DNA of 64,000 bases, taken from positions 836,864-900,863 of the forward strand of contig JACOUP010000008.1 in NCBI GenBank assembly GCA_016177765.1, in the 5' to 3' direction. Shown here piece by piece: positions 9,579-19,800 of the stretch (positions are counted from its first letter, which is position 1; each line of letters opens with the position of its first letter). Origin of the DNA: Deltaproteobacteria bacterium. GTDB taxonomy: Bacteria; UBA10199; JACPAL01; JACOUP01. The position numbers were made by a program, and so were the translations under genes. The notes under the pieces are model-generated. The model was not told the DNA's origin and ran no database searches. It was given only the letters and a program-made list of their open reading frames with translations.

Positions 9579-10296
9579 TTCCTCCGTCTAGCGGCAGAAT
9601 CGCACCGGTCGCAAAATCAAGTTCAATCAGTGCCAAGATAGCTTTTACGAAATCGTCGGCTGAGCCAATGCGACGAAGGGGGACGTTTTTGACATAACGT
9701 TTCTTGGAAAGTTCCTGTTTTTCTTCAGGCCAGAGAAGAAGACCGGGGGCGATGGCATTAACCTGAATCTCCGGGGCCAGTTCAAGGGCGAGCGTTTTGG
9801 TCAAAGAGGCAATGGCTGCCTTGGTAACCACGTAGGGAAGGTAATTTTTATAGGTTCGAAAAACAGTACGATCGGCAATGTTGATAATCTTTCCCTCTTT
9901 TCTTTTTTTCATTCCAGGCGCAACCAAATAGCTGAGCCAAAAGGGGGCCAGGAGGTGGGTCCTATAATTTTTTTCCCAATCCTTTTCCGTAATTTTTTCA
10001 AAAGGAGTTCTTTCAAAGATAGAGGCATTATTGACGAGGATGCTAATTCCTCCCAGTTTTTTTTCAACGGCACGAACCATTTTTTCTAGAGAACTTTTCT
10101 GGGAAAGGTCGGCTTGAAAGATTTCAACGGTGCCTCCTTTCCGACGGATGAGAGATGCCGTCTCTTGGGCTTCCTTAAAAGAAGAACGATAGTGTAGCGC
10201 CACTTTGGCTCCTGCTCTCGCCAAGGCGATGGTGAGTTCGCGCCCCAGCCTTCGAGCCCCCCCTGTCACAAGAACAATTTTATCTTGAACATCCAT
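9568..10296 (-). CDS. SDR family oxidoreductase (possibly pteridine reductase-like)
   Basis: TGGARRLG Rossmann motif and YxxxK active site. Divergent from queC-queD. Confidence 0.75.
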   Translation of the reverse strand: MDVQDKIVLVTGGARRLGRELTIALARAGAKVALHYRSSFKEAQETASLIRRKGGTVEIFQADLSQKSSLEKMVRAVEKKLGGISILVNNASIFERTPFEKITEKDWEKNYRTHLLAPFWLSYLVAPGMKKRKEGKIINIADRTVFRTYKNYLPYVVTKAAIASLTKTLALELAPEIQVNAIAPGLLLWPEEKQELSKKRYVKNVPLRRIGSADDFVKAILALIELDFATGAILPLDGGISL

Positions 10297-10342
10297 TCTC
10301 TCTCAGGCTATAGAGGGGAGCGGCCGAAAAATCAAAAGGAAA

Positions 10343-11092
10343 ATGAAGGCAGCAACTCCACTGATGGCACGGGTTTTATCGAAGGCGCTCAAACGGCAGC
10401 GGCCCAACACTGTTATTGTCATGGCAAGCGGCGGCTTGGATAGCGCCGTACTCGTTGCTGAGTTGGCGGCGAAGGGGAAAACGGTTTATCCTGTTTGTGT
10501 CAGAACCTGTGTTTCGTTCGAAAAGGCCCAGTTTCAGGCCCTGCAAAATTTTTTAAGACACCTTCCTTATAAGAATATTAAACCGTTGACCCAGTTACGG
10601 CTACCTGTCTCGACAATTCTTCCCTCAACCCACTGGGCCTTGTCCGGCTGGAGAGTGCCTCTGGCCAAAAGTTCTGATGAATCGGTCTACCTGCCGGGTT
10701 GGAATCTGTTACTCGTCCCTCCCGTTTTAGTCTTTGCGGCCCGGGAGGGGATCCCGTTGGTGATGCTGGGGCATCTTGCCAACAACCCCTATCCGGATAG
10801 TCAAAACTCTTTTTTTGAACAACTGGAACGTCTGGCCTCTATCGCCTTCCTCCGTAAAATCGGTATCCGACGTCCTTTCGCCCATTTGACAAAAGAAGCT
10901 GTTATCAGGCGGGGCCAGCATTTTCCTTTAGGCCTAACACTCAGTTGCATCCAACCGCGGAAAGGCAAACACTGTGGTGGTTGCAATCGGTGCGAAGAAC
11001 GACACCGCTATTTCCTCAAGGCGGGCATTCCCGATCCAACTATCTATGCCAGGCTCAAAGGACTGTTGACGATTCAGGGGAAGGTACGGTAG
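10343..11092 (+). CDS. queC: 7-cyano-7-deazaguanine synthase
   Basis: SGGLDS PP-loop and C-terminal CGGCNRC zinc motif; the C-terminal ...AGIPDPTIYA parallels the QueC family ending. Confidence 0.8.
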   Translation: MKAATPLMARVLSKALKRQRPNTVIVMASGGLDSAVLVAELAAKGKTVYPVCVRTCVSFEKAQFQALQNFLRHLPYKNIKPLTQLRLPVSTILPSTHWALSGWRVPLAKSSDESVYLPGWNLLLVPPVLVFAAREGIPLVMLGHLANNPYPDSQNSFFEQLERLASIAFLRKIGIRRPFAHLTKEAVIRRGQHFPLGLTLSCIQPRKGKHCGGCNRCEERHRYFLKAGIPDPTIYARLKGLLTIQGKVR

Positions 11093-11102
11093 AAAAACCT
11101 TC

Positions 11103-11510
11103 ATGTACAGGGTCACCAAAGAGATCCATTTTTGCTACGGGCACCGTTTGATGAACTACAACGGGCCCTGTATGCACCCCCACGGGCATAATGCGAAGGT
11201 CGATATCGAGCTTGAAAGCGAGACACTGGATAAACGGCACATCCTCTACGAGTTTGGTGACCTGAAGGAGATTGTCAAAGGATGGATTGACCGGGAACTG
11301 GATCACAAAATGCTCCTACACAAGGATGATCCTTTAGTCCCAGCCCTTAAAAAACTGGATGAACCGGTCTATCTTTTTGATACGAATCCGACCGCAGAGG
11401 CGATTGCGAAACTAATTTACGACCAGGCCAAGTCTCAAGGGTTGCCTGTGGCCGAAATCCGCGTTTGGGAGACGCACACCTCCTTCGCTGCTTATCGAGG
11501 GAAGCCTTGA
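11103..11510 (+). CDS. queD: 6-carboxy-5,6,7,8-tetrahydropterin synthase
   Basis: CxxxHGH motif (CMHPHGH) of the 6-pyruvoyl-tetrahydropterin synthase family. Confidence 0.85.
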   Translation: MYRVTKEIHFCYGHRLMNYNGPCMHPHGHNAKVDIELESETLDKRHILYEFGDLKEIVKGWIDRELDHKMLLHKDDPLVPALKKLDEPVYLFDTNPTAEAIAKLIYDQAKSQGLPVAEIRVWETHTSFAAYRGKP

Positions 11511-12244
11511 TGCCCAAACTCCTTGTCCTCCAACATGCCTCCGCGGAAGGGTTAGGGACCCTTGAATCGGAGTTGAAGGAGAAAAAATTTGAGTTGGATG
11601 TCCGGCACCTTTACAAGGGAGACCCCCTTCCGGGGGAGGAGGAGTTTTTCAAAAATTACGTCGGGATTGTTTCAATGGGGGGGCCGATGAGCGTCAATGA
11701 CCAGAAAAGGCACCCCTTTCTTGCCAACGAGGAAAAATTGATCGTCGCGGCACTGGAACGAAAGAGGCCGATCCTGGGAATCTGTCTTGGCGCCCAGATG
11801 CTTGCCAGGGCTTGTGGGATGAAGGTCTACAAAGGGCCCAAAAAAGAAATCGGCTGGCATGAAGTGCACCTGGATGATTGGTTTGCCAAGAGAAACCCGC
11901 TCTTTTTCCAATTGAAAGAGCCATTGGTTGTTTTTCAGTGGCATCAAGAGACCTTTGATGTCCCTGTCGAAGGGTATCGCCTGGCAAAATCCGAACATTA
12001 TCCCTGTCAGGCTTTTTGTTTTAACGGGAACGCTCATGGGCTCCAGTTTCATCCAGAGATGACCGAGGCGATGATCCGGACCTGGGTGGGTGAGTCGCAC
12101 GGAGAGTTGACTCCCACCGAGGTGGAGCGGATTTTGGAAGAGACACCGGTTCATCTTTCCAGTTTGCAAAAGATGGCCAGGAAGATTGTGACAGGATTTG
12201 CCTCGATCTGCCGTGATTCCAATACCCAAGCGAGTGGCCTTTAA
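11509..12244 (+). CDS. class I glutamine amidotransferase-like protein
   Basis: GATase1 fold with catalytic Cys in ILGICLGAQ. The start overlaps the queD stop (TGATG). Confidence 0.75.
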
Positions 12245-13283
12245 TATTTCCAAAAAATTACTGGAATGGTTTGACCGATCCCAGCGGGTTCTCCCATGGC
12301 GCGCCAATAAGGATCCTTACCGGATCTGGATTTCTGAAATCATGCTCCAGCAGACAACCGTCAAGACGGTATTGCCGTACTATGAGCGCTTCTTGCAAAA
12401 ATTTCCGACCTTGCTGGTCTTGGCGAAGAGTCCATTGGACAAGGTCCTCACCGCCTGGTCCGGTCTTGGTTATTATTCCAGGGCGAGGAATCTGCACAAG
12501 GCGGCCGGTATCCTTGTGAAAAAGTATCGGGGGAAATTTCCAAAGGGTACGGAGGGGCTGCAGAAACTTCCGGGGATCGGTCGTTACACCGCCGGTGCCA
12601 TCGCCTCAATCGCCTTCGATGAAAAAGTTCCGGTTCTGGATGGGAATCTGGTTCGGGTCTTGACCCGCTTCTTTGCCCTCCGCGGGGATCCACGAAAAAC
12701 GCCGCTTTTGGAAGAATTATGGACCAGGGCGAGCTCTCTCCTGCCGCAGGAACGGTGTGGTGATCACAACCAGTCCCTCATGGAACTGGGGGCGACCGTT
12801 TGTCTCCCGAAGGAGCCGCTCTGTCTTTTTTGCCCTCTTCAATCCTTTTGTGAAGCGAGAAGGTTGGGAATCGAAGCAGAACTTCCTGAAAAAAAATGGA
12901 AAACTGTTTATGTAAAACGGTATCGTTTGGTAGCCTTGATCGAAAAGCAGGGAAAATTTCTTCTAGCCCAAAGGCCTCAAAAAAAACGGATGGGAGGGTT
13001 GTGGGAGTTTCCTAATTTTGATCTTAAAAATGAGGAGATCCCCGGTTCGCTCTCCACAATCACCGAAAAGGTTTTAGGGATCCGGATCCGGAACACCGTT
13101 CTGATGGGCAAGGTTTCCCATGCCATTATGAACGAACGGTTCGTAGTTCCGGTCGTAAAGGGAGAGGTTCAAGGCGGGACGCCCCAGAAAAACATTTATA
13201 CCGATTTTCGCTGGATCGCCCCCGGGCAACTGGCCAACTACCCCTCCTCTTCCATTAATCGAAAGGTATTGGGGTTGTTATAA
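12234..13283 (+). CDS. mutY: A/G-specific adenine DNA glycosylase
   Basis: HhH-GPD core (LPWR...YxxWISEIMLQQT) and a C-terminal NUDIX-like domain. The start is uncertain (GTG at 12234 or ATG at 12198). Confidence 0.8.
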   Translation: MAFNISKKLLEWFDRSQRVLPWRANKDPYRIWISEIMLQQTTVKTVLPYYERFLQKFPTLLVLAKSPLDKVLTAWSGLGYYSRARNLHKAAGILVKKYRGKFPKGTEGLQKLPGIGRYTAGAIASIAFDEKVPVLDGNLVRVLTRFFALRGDPRKTPLLEELWTRASSLLPQERCGDHNQSLMELGATVCLPKEPLCLFCPLQSFCEARRLGIEAELPEKKWKTVYVKRYRLVALIEKQGKFLLAQRPQKKRMGGLWEFPNFDLKNEEIPGSLSTITEKVLGIRIRNTVLMGKVSHAIMNERFVVPVVKGEVQGGTPQKNIYTDFRWIAPGQLANYPSSSINRKVLGLL

Positions 13284-14540
13284 AACAGTCTCACCTCGTC
13301 GGATCTTGCCAACCAAAACCTCTTCTTCAAAAAACTGGATCAATTTGTCTTTTTGTCTCCGGGCATCTTCGTAACCCAGTTCGAACAATTCCTTGAGATA
13401 GGCCGGGTCAAAGAGGAGGTAGGAGAGCAGATCGGATTCGGTTTCCTGACCCGCTTGCGTGGCCTTGAAAAACATCCGGTGCCAGAGGGCCAGCTCCATC
13501 TTGAAGCCGTTTCTTCTGACAAAGTCGGCCGCCATTGAACCGATATCGGCCGATGGGTAGAGCGTCAGCTCTTCGATCTTTCGGATTCCCCGGCGGGGGA
13601 TATGTTTCAGAATGTCATCCTGGGCGATCGCCTTGTTCAATTCCTCCAAGTATTGGGGGCCGTACAATTTTGTTGACCAGTCGATGATCCGGTTCATCCT
13701 CTTCATCATCGTCAGGTCGTATTCAAGATGGTCCAGAAAAATGGAGTTAAAAACCTTGCCGACAATATGCCCGAGTGAAGGGGGAACCGCTTTTTTTACC
13801 GGTTTTTGTTGGAGCGGAGAATAGCGAAGCGCGATGATCAGCACCTTTTCTGCCCCCAGGGCGACGGCCGGCGAGATCGGCGTTGTTTGCCGGAGACCCC
13901 CATCACAATAATAGGCCCCATCGACCTCGATCGGCGGAAAAAGAATCGGGATAGCGGCCGAGGCCATCGCATGGGTCTCGGTGATTGTTGTTTTCACCGC
14001 ATCCGGTGTCCCGATGTACGCCAGGGGAGAGGTTTTTTCTAAAAAAATAACCAGTTGGCCGGTCCGGATGTCGGTTGTGGAAAGGGCCAGGGCCCCGAGG
14101 ACCCCTTTTTTCATATTTTGCGGGATATTTTGCCAGGGGATCTCACGACCCAGAAACTCATGGAGGGGAGAAGTATCTTGCAACGATTTGTAAAAGGTGA
14201 AAGGGACCGCTTCATCACGACGCCGTTCCTTGATCCATCCCAACAGGTCATGTTTGATGGTCTGGAGGAGCGCCTTGCCAATAGAGAGGGCCCCCGTCTT
14301 GTAGATACGGGAAGGGGAGAGTGTTTCCCAGAGCCGACGGATCTCGCGTCCCTGTAATTGGGGATCATCGGCTGTCGCCGCCAGGAAACAGGCATTGATC
14401 GCGCCGACACTGGTGCCGGTGATAATGTCGAAACGGATATCTTTTTGGGGGAGTGCCGTTCGGATGAAGTGGACAACGCCCGCCTCGTAGGCGCCACGGG
14501 CACCGCCACCGGACAAGACGAGACCGATCAGAGGCTTCAT
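13278..14540 (-). CDS. patatin-like phospholipase
   Basis: GGGARG oxyanion motif and GTSVG (GxSxG) nucleophile elbow. Confidence 0.8.
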   Translation of the reverse strand: MKPLIGLVLSGGGARGAYEAGVVHFIRTALPQKDIRFDIITGTSVGAINACFLAATADDPQLQGREIRRLWETLSPSRIYKTGALSIGKALLQTIKHDLLGWIKERRRDEAVPFTFYKSLQDTSPLHEFLGREIPWQNIPQNMKKGVLGALALSTTDIRTGQLVIFLEKTSPLAYIGTPDAVKTTITETHAMASAAIPILFPPIEVDGAYYCDGGLRQTTPISPAVALGAEKVLIIALRYSPLQQKPVKKAVPPSLGHIVGKVFNSIFLDHLEYDLTMMKRMNRIIDWSTKLYGPQYLEELNKAIAQDDILKHIPRRGIRKIEELTLYPSADIGSMAADFVRRNGFKMELALWHRMFFKATQAGQETESDLLSYLLFDPAYLKELFELGYEDARRQKDKLIQFFEEEVLVGKIRRGETVL

Positions 14541-14553
14541 CCTGCTGATTATA

Positions 14554-15027
14554 TCAGATTAAACCGGACTTTTTCAGATGTTTTTCAATGAGGGAGACCG
14601 CTTCCGCAGGGGTTCTGCATTGAATGACACCAGGGATTTGCCAGGTTTCCAGCCCAACGACTAATTTCTTAAAGGCGAGGGAATGACCGATCTCGGAGAG
14701 CGTTCCGGGACCGCCGCCGATCGCGATCAGGGTATCAGAGGCCTGGGCGATAATGGCGTTCCGGGCATACCCCATGTTGGTGGCAATCGGAATAGTGACA
14801 TAACGGTTGGCTTCAGAAGCCTTCCCCCGCGGGAGAATCCCGACAACGACCCCCCCTTTTTCAGAGGCCCCGCGAGAGACCGCTTCCATCACCCCTTCGA
14901 GTCCCCCGCAGATGACGATCCACCCGTTGGAAGCGACCCGCTGGCCGACCTCAAGGGCATAACTCAGGTCATTATTTTTCGGTTTGGAGGCCCCGATGAT
15001 GCCGATCAATGGTTTTCTGGAACCCAT
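14554..15027 (-). CDS. TIGR00725/LOG-like Rossmann-fold protein
   Basis: GGxxGxMEA and PGGxGTLxE motifs of the SLOG/LOG superfamily. Confidence 0.6.
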   Translation of the reverse strand: MGSRKPLIGIIGASKPKNNDLSYALEVGQRVASNGWIVICGGLEGVMEAVSRGASEKGGVVVGILPRGKASEANRYVTIPIATNMGYARNAIIAQASDTLIAIGGGPGTLSEIGHSLAFKKLVVGLETWQIPGVIQCRTPAEAVSLIEKHLKKSGLI

Positions 15028-15088
15028 GACTCTCCTTTTAAGGTAAAAAAGGCTTTTCTTGCAAACTGTTTTTTACTAAGTTGGTTTT

Positions 15089-16822
15089 ATGCTGAGTCTT
15101 CCGCTTCTGGCCGGGGCGGTTATCATTTTTCTTTTTGTCGGTTACACCTTGTACGGCCGGTTTGTCGCGCGCCAGTACGCCCTGAATGATGCTACACCGA
15201 CACCGGCCCACCTCCAGAATGACGGTGTTGATTTTGTACCGACAAAAAAGTTTTATCTTTTAGGGCAGCATTTTAGCGCCATTGCCGCCGCCGGACCGAT
15301 TGCCGGGCCGATCCTTGCCTGCCAGCAGTTTGGTTGGCTCCCCTGTCTGTTGTGGATCGTCATCGGCGTTGTTTTCATCGGGGCGGTCCACGATTTTTCG
15401 TCACTGGTGGTGAGTATCCGTCATGGAGGCCACTCCATCGCCGAGATTGTCAAGCAGAACATCGGCAAGAGGGCCTGGCTGGCGATGATGATTTTTTTAT
15501 GGATTGCCCTCATCTATGTCATTATCGCCTTCACCGACATCACCGCGGGCACCTTTGTCGGCCGGGTGGAGGAGTTGGAAGGGGTTCAGGTCGGTTTCGA
15601 AAGGGGAGGGGCGGTGGCGGCGGCCAGCACGATGTATCTTCTGCTGGCGATCCTCATGGGGGTGGTCCAGAAGAGGTGGAATCCCCCCCTCTGGCTCTTG
15701 ACGGTCGTCTTTGTCCCGGCCACCCTGTCGGTGGTCTGGTTTGGGACCCAGATTTCTACCTGGCTCCTCTTTTCCCAGCAGACCTGGGGACTGATCATCC
15801 TTGTCTATTGTTTTATTGCGTCTCTCCTTCCGGTCTGGATGCTCCTGCAACCGCGCGGCTATTTGGGTGGTTTCATCCTTTATATGGCGCTGATTCTAGG
15901 GGTGATCGGGATCTTCTTTGGCGGTTATGAGATCCAGCAGGAATCGTTCAAGACCTGGTCTGCCCCGGGGTTGACGGGATCTCTCTTTCCCTTTCTTTTT
16001 GTCACCATTGCCTGCGGGGCCTGCTCCGGTTTCCATGGACTCGTTTGTTCCGGAACAACCTCCAAGCAGATTGCCAGGGAATCGGACTGCAAACCGGTCG
16101 GTTATGGGGGGATGTTGCTTGAGGGGTTTGTTGCGGTGATCGCCCTGGCAACCATTATGATCATGGCGCCGGGGGATGTGAAAGGTTCTCCCGGTGCGAT
16201 TTATGGGGCCGGTCTCGGTCAGTTCCTGACTCTATTGATCGGTAAGGAAAATCTACTGTTTGCCATTACCTTCGGGGCGATGGCGTTCTCAACTTTTGTC
16301 TTCGACACACTGGATGTCACGACCCGTTTGGGGCGCTACATTCTGCAGGAGCTTTTCGGTCGAACCGGTCAGACCGGTCGGACTGACCGGTTAACGGGGG
16401 CACTGGCGACACTGGCGACGGTTGGGGTCCCGGCCCTCTTTATTATGAATGCCCAGGAGGGGGGATGGAAACTCTTCTGGATTCTTTTTGGAACTTCCAA
16501 CCAACTACTCGCCTCCCTGACCCTTCTGGCGATTACCGTCTGGCTCCACCGGGTCGGCAAGCGATACTGGTTCACCCTGATTCCGATGGTTTTTGTGATG
16601 ATCATCACCTTCTGGTCTCTCTTGAAACAGATCGATGTCGCCTACCAGCAGGTTCTGGTTCGTGAGGCAACGGCTGGGGTCCTCCCTATCATCAACGGGG
16701 TGGTGGCACTCCTCCTCTTGTTTTTGGCCCTCGGGGTGACGGTGGAATCGGTCCTTGTCTTCAGGCGCGTAAATTTTGCTGAAAATCTTTCGGTTGGTCG
16801 GTTTCCCCAACAGCCGCGGTAA
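15089..16822 (+). CDS. cstA: carbon starvation protein A
   Basis: CstA N-terminal signature (FVPTKKFYLLGQHFSAIAAAGPIAGPILA); polytopic membrane protein. Confidence 0.85.
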   Translation: MLSLPLLAGAVIIFLFVGYTLYGRFVARQYALNDATPTPAHLQNDGVDFVPTKKFYLLGQHFSAIAAAGPIAGPILACQQFGWLPCLLWIVIGVVFIGAVHDFSSLVVSIRHGGHSIAEIVKQNIGKRAWLAMMIFLWIALIYVIIAFTDITAGTFVGRVEELEGVQVGFERGGAVAAASTMYLLLAILMGVVQKRWNPPLWLLTVVFVPATLSVVWFGTQISTWLLFSQQTWGLIILVYCFIASLLPVWMLLQPRGYLGGFILYMALILGVIGIFFGGYEIQQESFKTWSAPGLTGSLFPFLFVTIACGACSGFHGLVCSGTTSKQIARESDCKPVGYGGMLLEGFVAVIALATIMIMAPGDVKGSPGAIYGAGLGQFLTLLIGKENLLFAITFGAMAFSTFVFDTLDVTTRLGRYILQELFGRTGQTGRTDRLTGALATLATVGVPALFIMNAQEGGWKLFWILFGTSNQLLASLTLLAITVWLHRVGKRYWFTLIPMVFVMIITFWSLLKQIDVAYQQVLVREATAGVLPIINGVVALLLLFLALGVTVESVLVFRRVNFAENLSVGRFPQQPR

Positions 16823-19800
16823 GATTCTGGATCTGTTTTAGGTTTTTTGGTGAAACCTTCCAGAAGAGGGGGAGGAATCGGTTCCATTTTTTTAAAATCC
16901 GTTCGGCATGAGGGCTTTGGGTGAATTCGAAATGTTTCAGGACAAGTTGGTGCAGTTTGTCGGCATCCTCGGTGTTTTCCAGGCGCGAGAGTTCAATCAG
17001 TTCCTGATTGTAACGGGATTCGAAACTCTTCAGCTCGTCAAAGAGGTAGACTTCCCCTCCGGTCATGCCGGCCCCGAAATTCTGGCCAACCTCCCCAAGA
17101 ACGACCACAACCCCACCCGTCATATATTCACAACCATGATCACCCACCCCCTCAACGACGGCCACGGCCCCGGAGTTTCTGACGCAGAAACGCTCCCCCG
17201 CCTGTCCCGAGGCGAAGAGGGAACCACCGGTTGCCCCGTAAAGGACGGTATTCCCCATAATCACGTTTTCGTGGGAGGCGTATCGGGCCTTCGGGTGCGG
17301 CCGGATCACAATCTCGCCGCCGGTCATCCCTTTGCCGACGTAGTCATTTGCCTGACCGATCAGGATCCACCGGAGACCGGGGACGGCAAAGGCCCCAAAG
17401 CTTTGACCGGCAGTTCCCTTAAAGGAACATTCCAGCAAAATGCCATCGGGCAGGCCTTTGTCTCCATATCGTTTAGCGACCTCTCCGGCAACGCGGGCCC
17501 CGACGGTCCGGTGGATATTACGGATCGGGTACGAGAGCTTGACGGAACGTCTGGGTGACACACCCTTGGGTGGATCACCCTTGGGTGAATCACCCTTGCC
17601 TTCAATGGCGGCCCGCCCATCCTGCAGGATCTTCTGATCGAGCGACGGTTCTATTGGGAAATTATTGCGGGGGGTATTTCTCTTTTTGGCCCTTTTCCCT
17701 TCAGGGTCGATATCGGTCAGGATTGGCGACAGATCGAGGTGCTTGATCTTGTCCTGTTCGACCCGTTTTTTTGGTTGGAGGAGATCGACCCGGCCGATAA
17801 CCTCATCCAGAGACCGAAAACCCAAAGAGGCGAGAATCTCGCGAACCTCGCCAGCCACACCGTTCATAAAATGGATAATCCGTTCCGGCGTACCGACATA
17901 TTTTTTTCGTAACTGTTCATCATGGGTGGTAACCCCCACGGGACAGGTGTTGAGGTGACACTGGCGGGCCATCACGCACCCCTCAGCGATCAACGGGGCG
18001 GTACCGAAACCGTATTCCTCGGCCCCCAGGAGGGCGGCCACAACGACATCCCGTCCGGTCTTCATCCCGCCATCGACACGGAGCAGTACCTTTCCACGCA
18101 GGTCATTCATCACGAGTGTTTGCTGGGCCTCGGCAAGCCCCAGTTCCCAGGCGGAACCGGCGTTTTTGATGGAAGAGGCGGGAGAGGCCCCGGTCCCCCC
18201 CTCATGTCCGGAAATCAGAATGACGTCGGCGTGGGCCTTGGCGACGCCAGCCGCAATGGTGCCGACCCCGTTTTCAGAGACCAGCTTGACCCCGATACGG
18301 GCCTCGGGACTAACCTGTTTGAGATCGTAGATCAACTGTTTCAAATCTTCGATCGAATAGATGTCATGGTGCGGTGGCGGGGAGATCAGCGTTACCCCCG
18401 GTTGGGCGTGCCGGACGCGGGCGATTTCATCGGAGACCTTGTGCCCGGGGAGTTGTCCCCCCTCGCCCGGTTTGGACCCCTGCGCCATCTTAATTTCGAG
18501 TTCTTTGGCATTGAGGAGGTATTCGGTCGTGACCCCAAAGCGGGCCGAGGCGACCTGTTTGATCGCGCTGTTTGCGGAATCTCCATTCGGCAACGGTTTG
18601 TAACGGGCCGGGTCTTCACCCCCTTCACCACTCCCGCTTTTGGCTCCAATCCGGTTCATCGCGATCGCCAGGTCGCGGTGGGCCTCGATCGAAAGGGCTC
18701 CATAGGAGATCGAAGAAGTGGTAAACCTCTTTCGGATCTCTTCGACCGGTTCCACCTCTTCTAAAGGAATCGGTTCTCTGATCTTAAATTCGAGGAGGTC
18801 ACGAAGGGTGGTAGGGGGTCTTTCATGGACCAGATTGGCGTATTTTTTATAATCCTCATAGACTCCGCTTTTGGCGGAGGCATGAATCGCCTTGACCACG
18901 TCAGGATTGAAGGCATGGTACTCCTCGCCCCTGCGAAAACGATAATAACCGCCGAGTGAAAGGACAATGTCAGAAGAAAAAGCCTGATTGTGCCAAGTCA
19001 AAGTGTCACGTGCGATCTCTTCCAGACCGATCCCTCCGACCCTGGAGGGGGTTCCAGTAAAGTATCGGTTTATAACCGATCGCTGTAAGCCGATCGCTTC
19101 AAAAATTTGGGCCGACCGGTAGGAGCTGATTGTAGAGATCCCCATCTTGGAGATGATTTTCAAAAGTCCTGTTTCCACCGCTTTTTGAAATCGCCGCTGG
19201 GCCGTTGCCAGGTCGAGATTGGGTAAAAACCCCCTTTCAATTTCATGGGTGAGTGTTTCATAGGCGAGGTACGGGTAGATTGCCGCCGTCCCGTAACCGA
19301 TCAGACAGCCAAAATGATGGATGTCACGGGCATCGCCGGTTTCAGTGACCAACGTTGCAATCATCCTTTGCCCTTCGCGGATCAGGTGATGATGAACCGC
19401 CGACACGGCGAGAAGCATCGGGATCGGGGCCCTTCGTTCATCAGCGTCACGATCTGAAATGATGAGAATCCTTTTTCCTTCTTCAATGGCGTGGGAGGCA
19501 GCGCCACAGAGGTCGAAGAGGGTTTCTTCCAACCCCTCCGGGCCGTCTGAAACAGGAAAGAGGGCCTGCAAGGTGACCGACTCAAACCCGGTCTCCTTTC
19601 GATTTTTTAATTCCTCGAACTGGTGGGGCAGAAGGATTGGGGAAGAAAGTTTCAGGCGCCGGGCATGTTCCGGTGTCTCGGCAAAAATATTTTTGCGCGG
19701 GGCGAGGTAGGTGTTGAGGCTCATCACCATCGCCTCGCGGATCGGATCGATTGCCGGGTTAGTCACTTGGGCAAAGAGTTGTTTGAAATAGCTGTAGAGC

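Noticed and set aside
12198-12233. ATG start of mutY at 12198 giving an N-terminal extension MPRSAVIPIPKR
   Set aside because: It overlaps the last 47 nt of the amidotransferase gene. The conserved MutY N-terminus begins near the GTG at 12234, so the shorter start is preferred, though it is not proven.
17360-17620. 86-aa ORF encoding VIHPRVIHPRV antisense to gltB
   Set aside because: Its repetitive peptide is an out-of-frame reading of the 15-nt repeat inside gltB, and it is fully embedded in a strongly supported 1521-aa gene.
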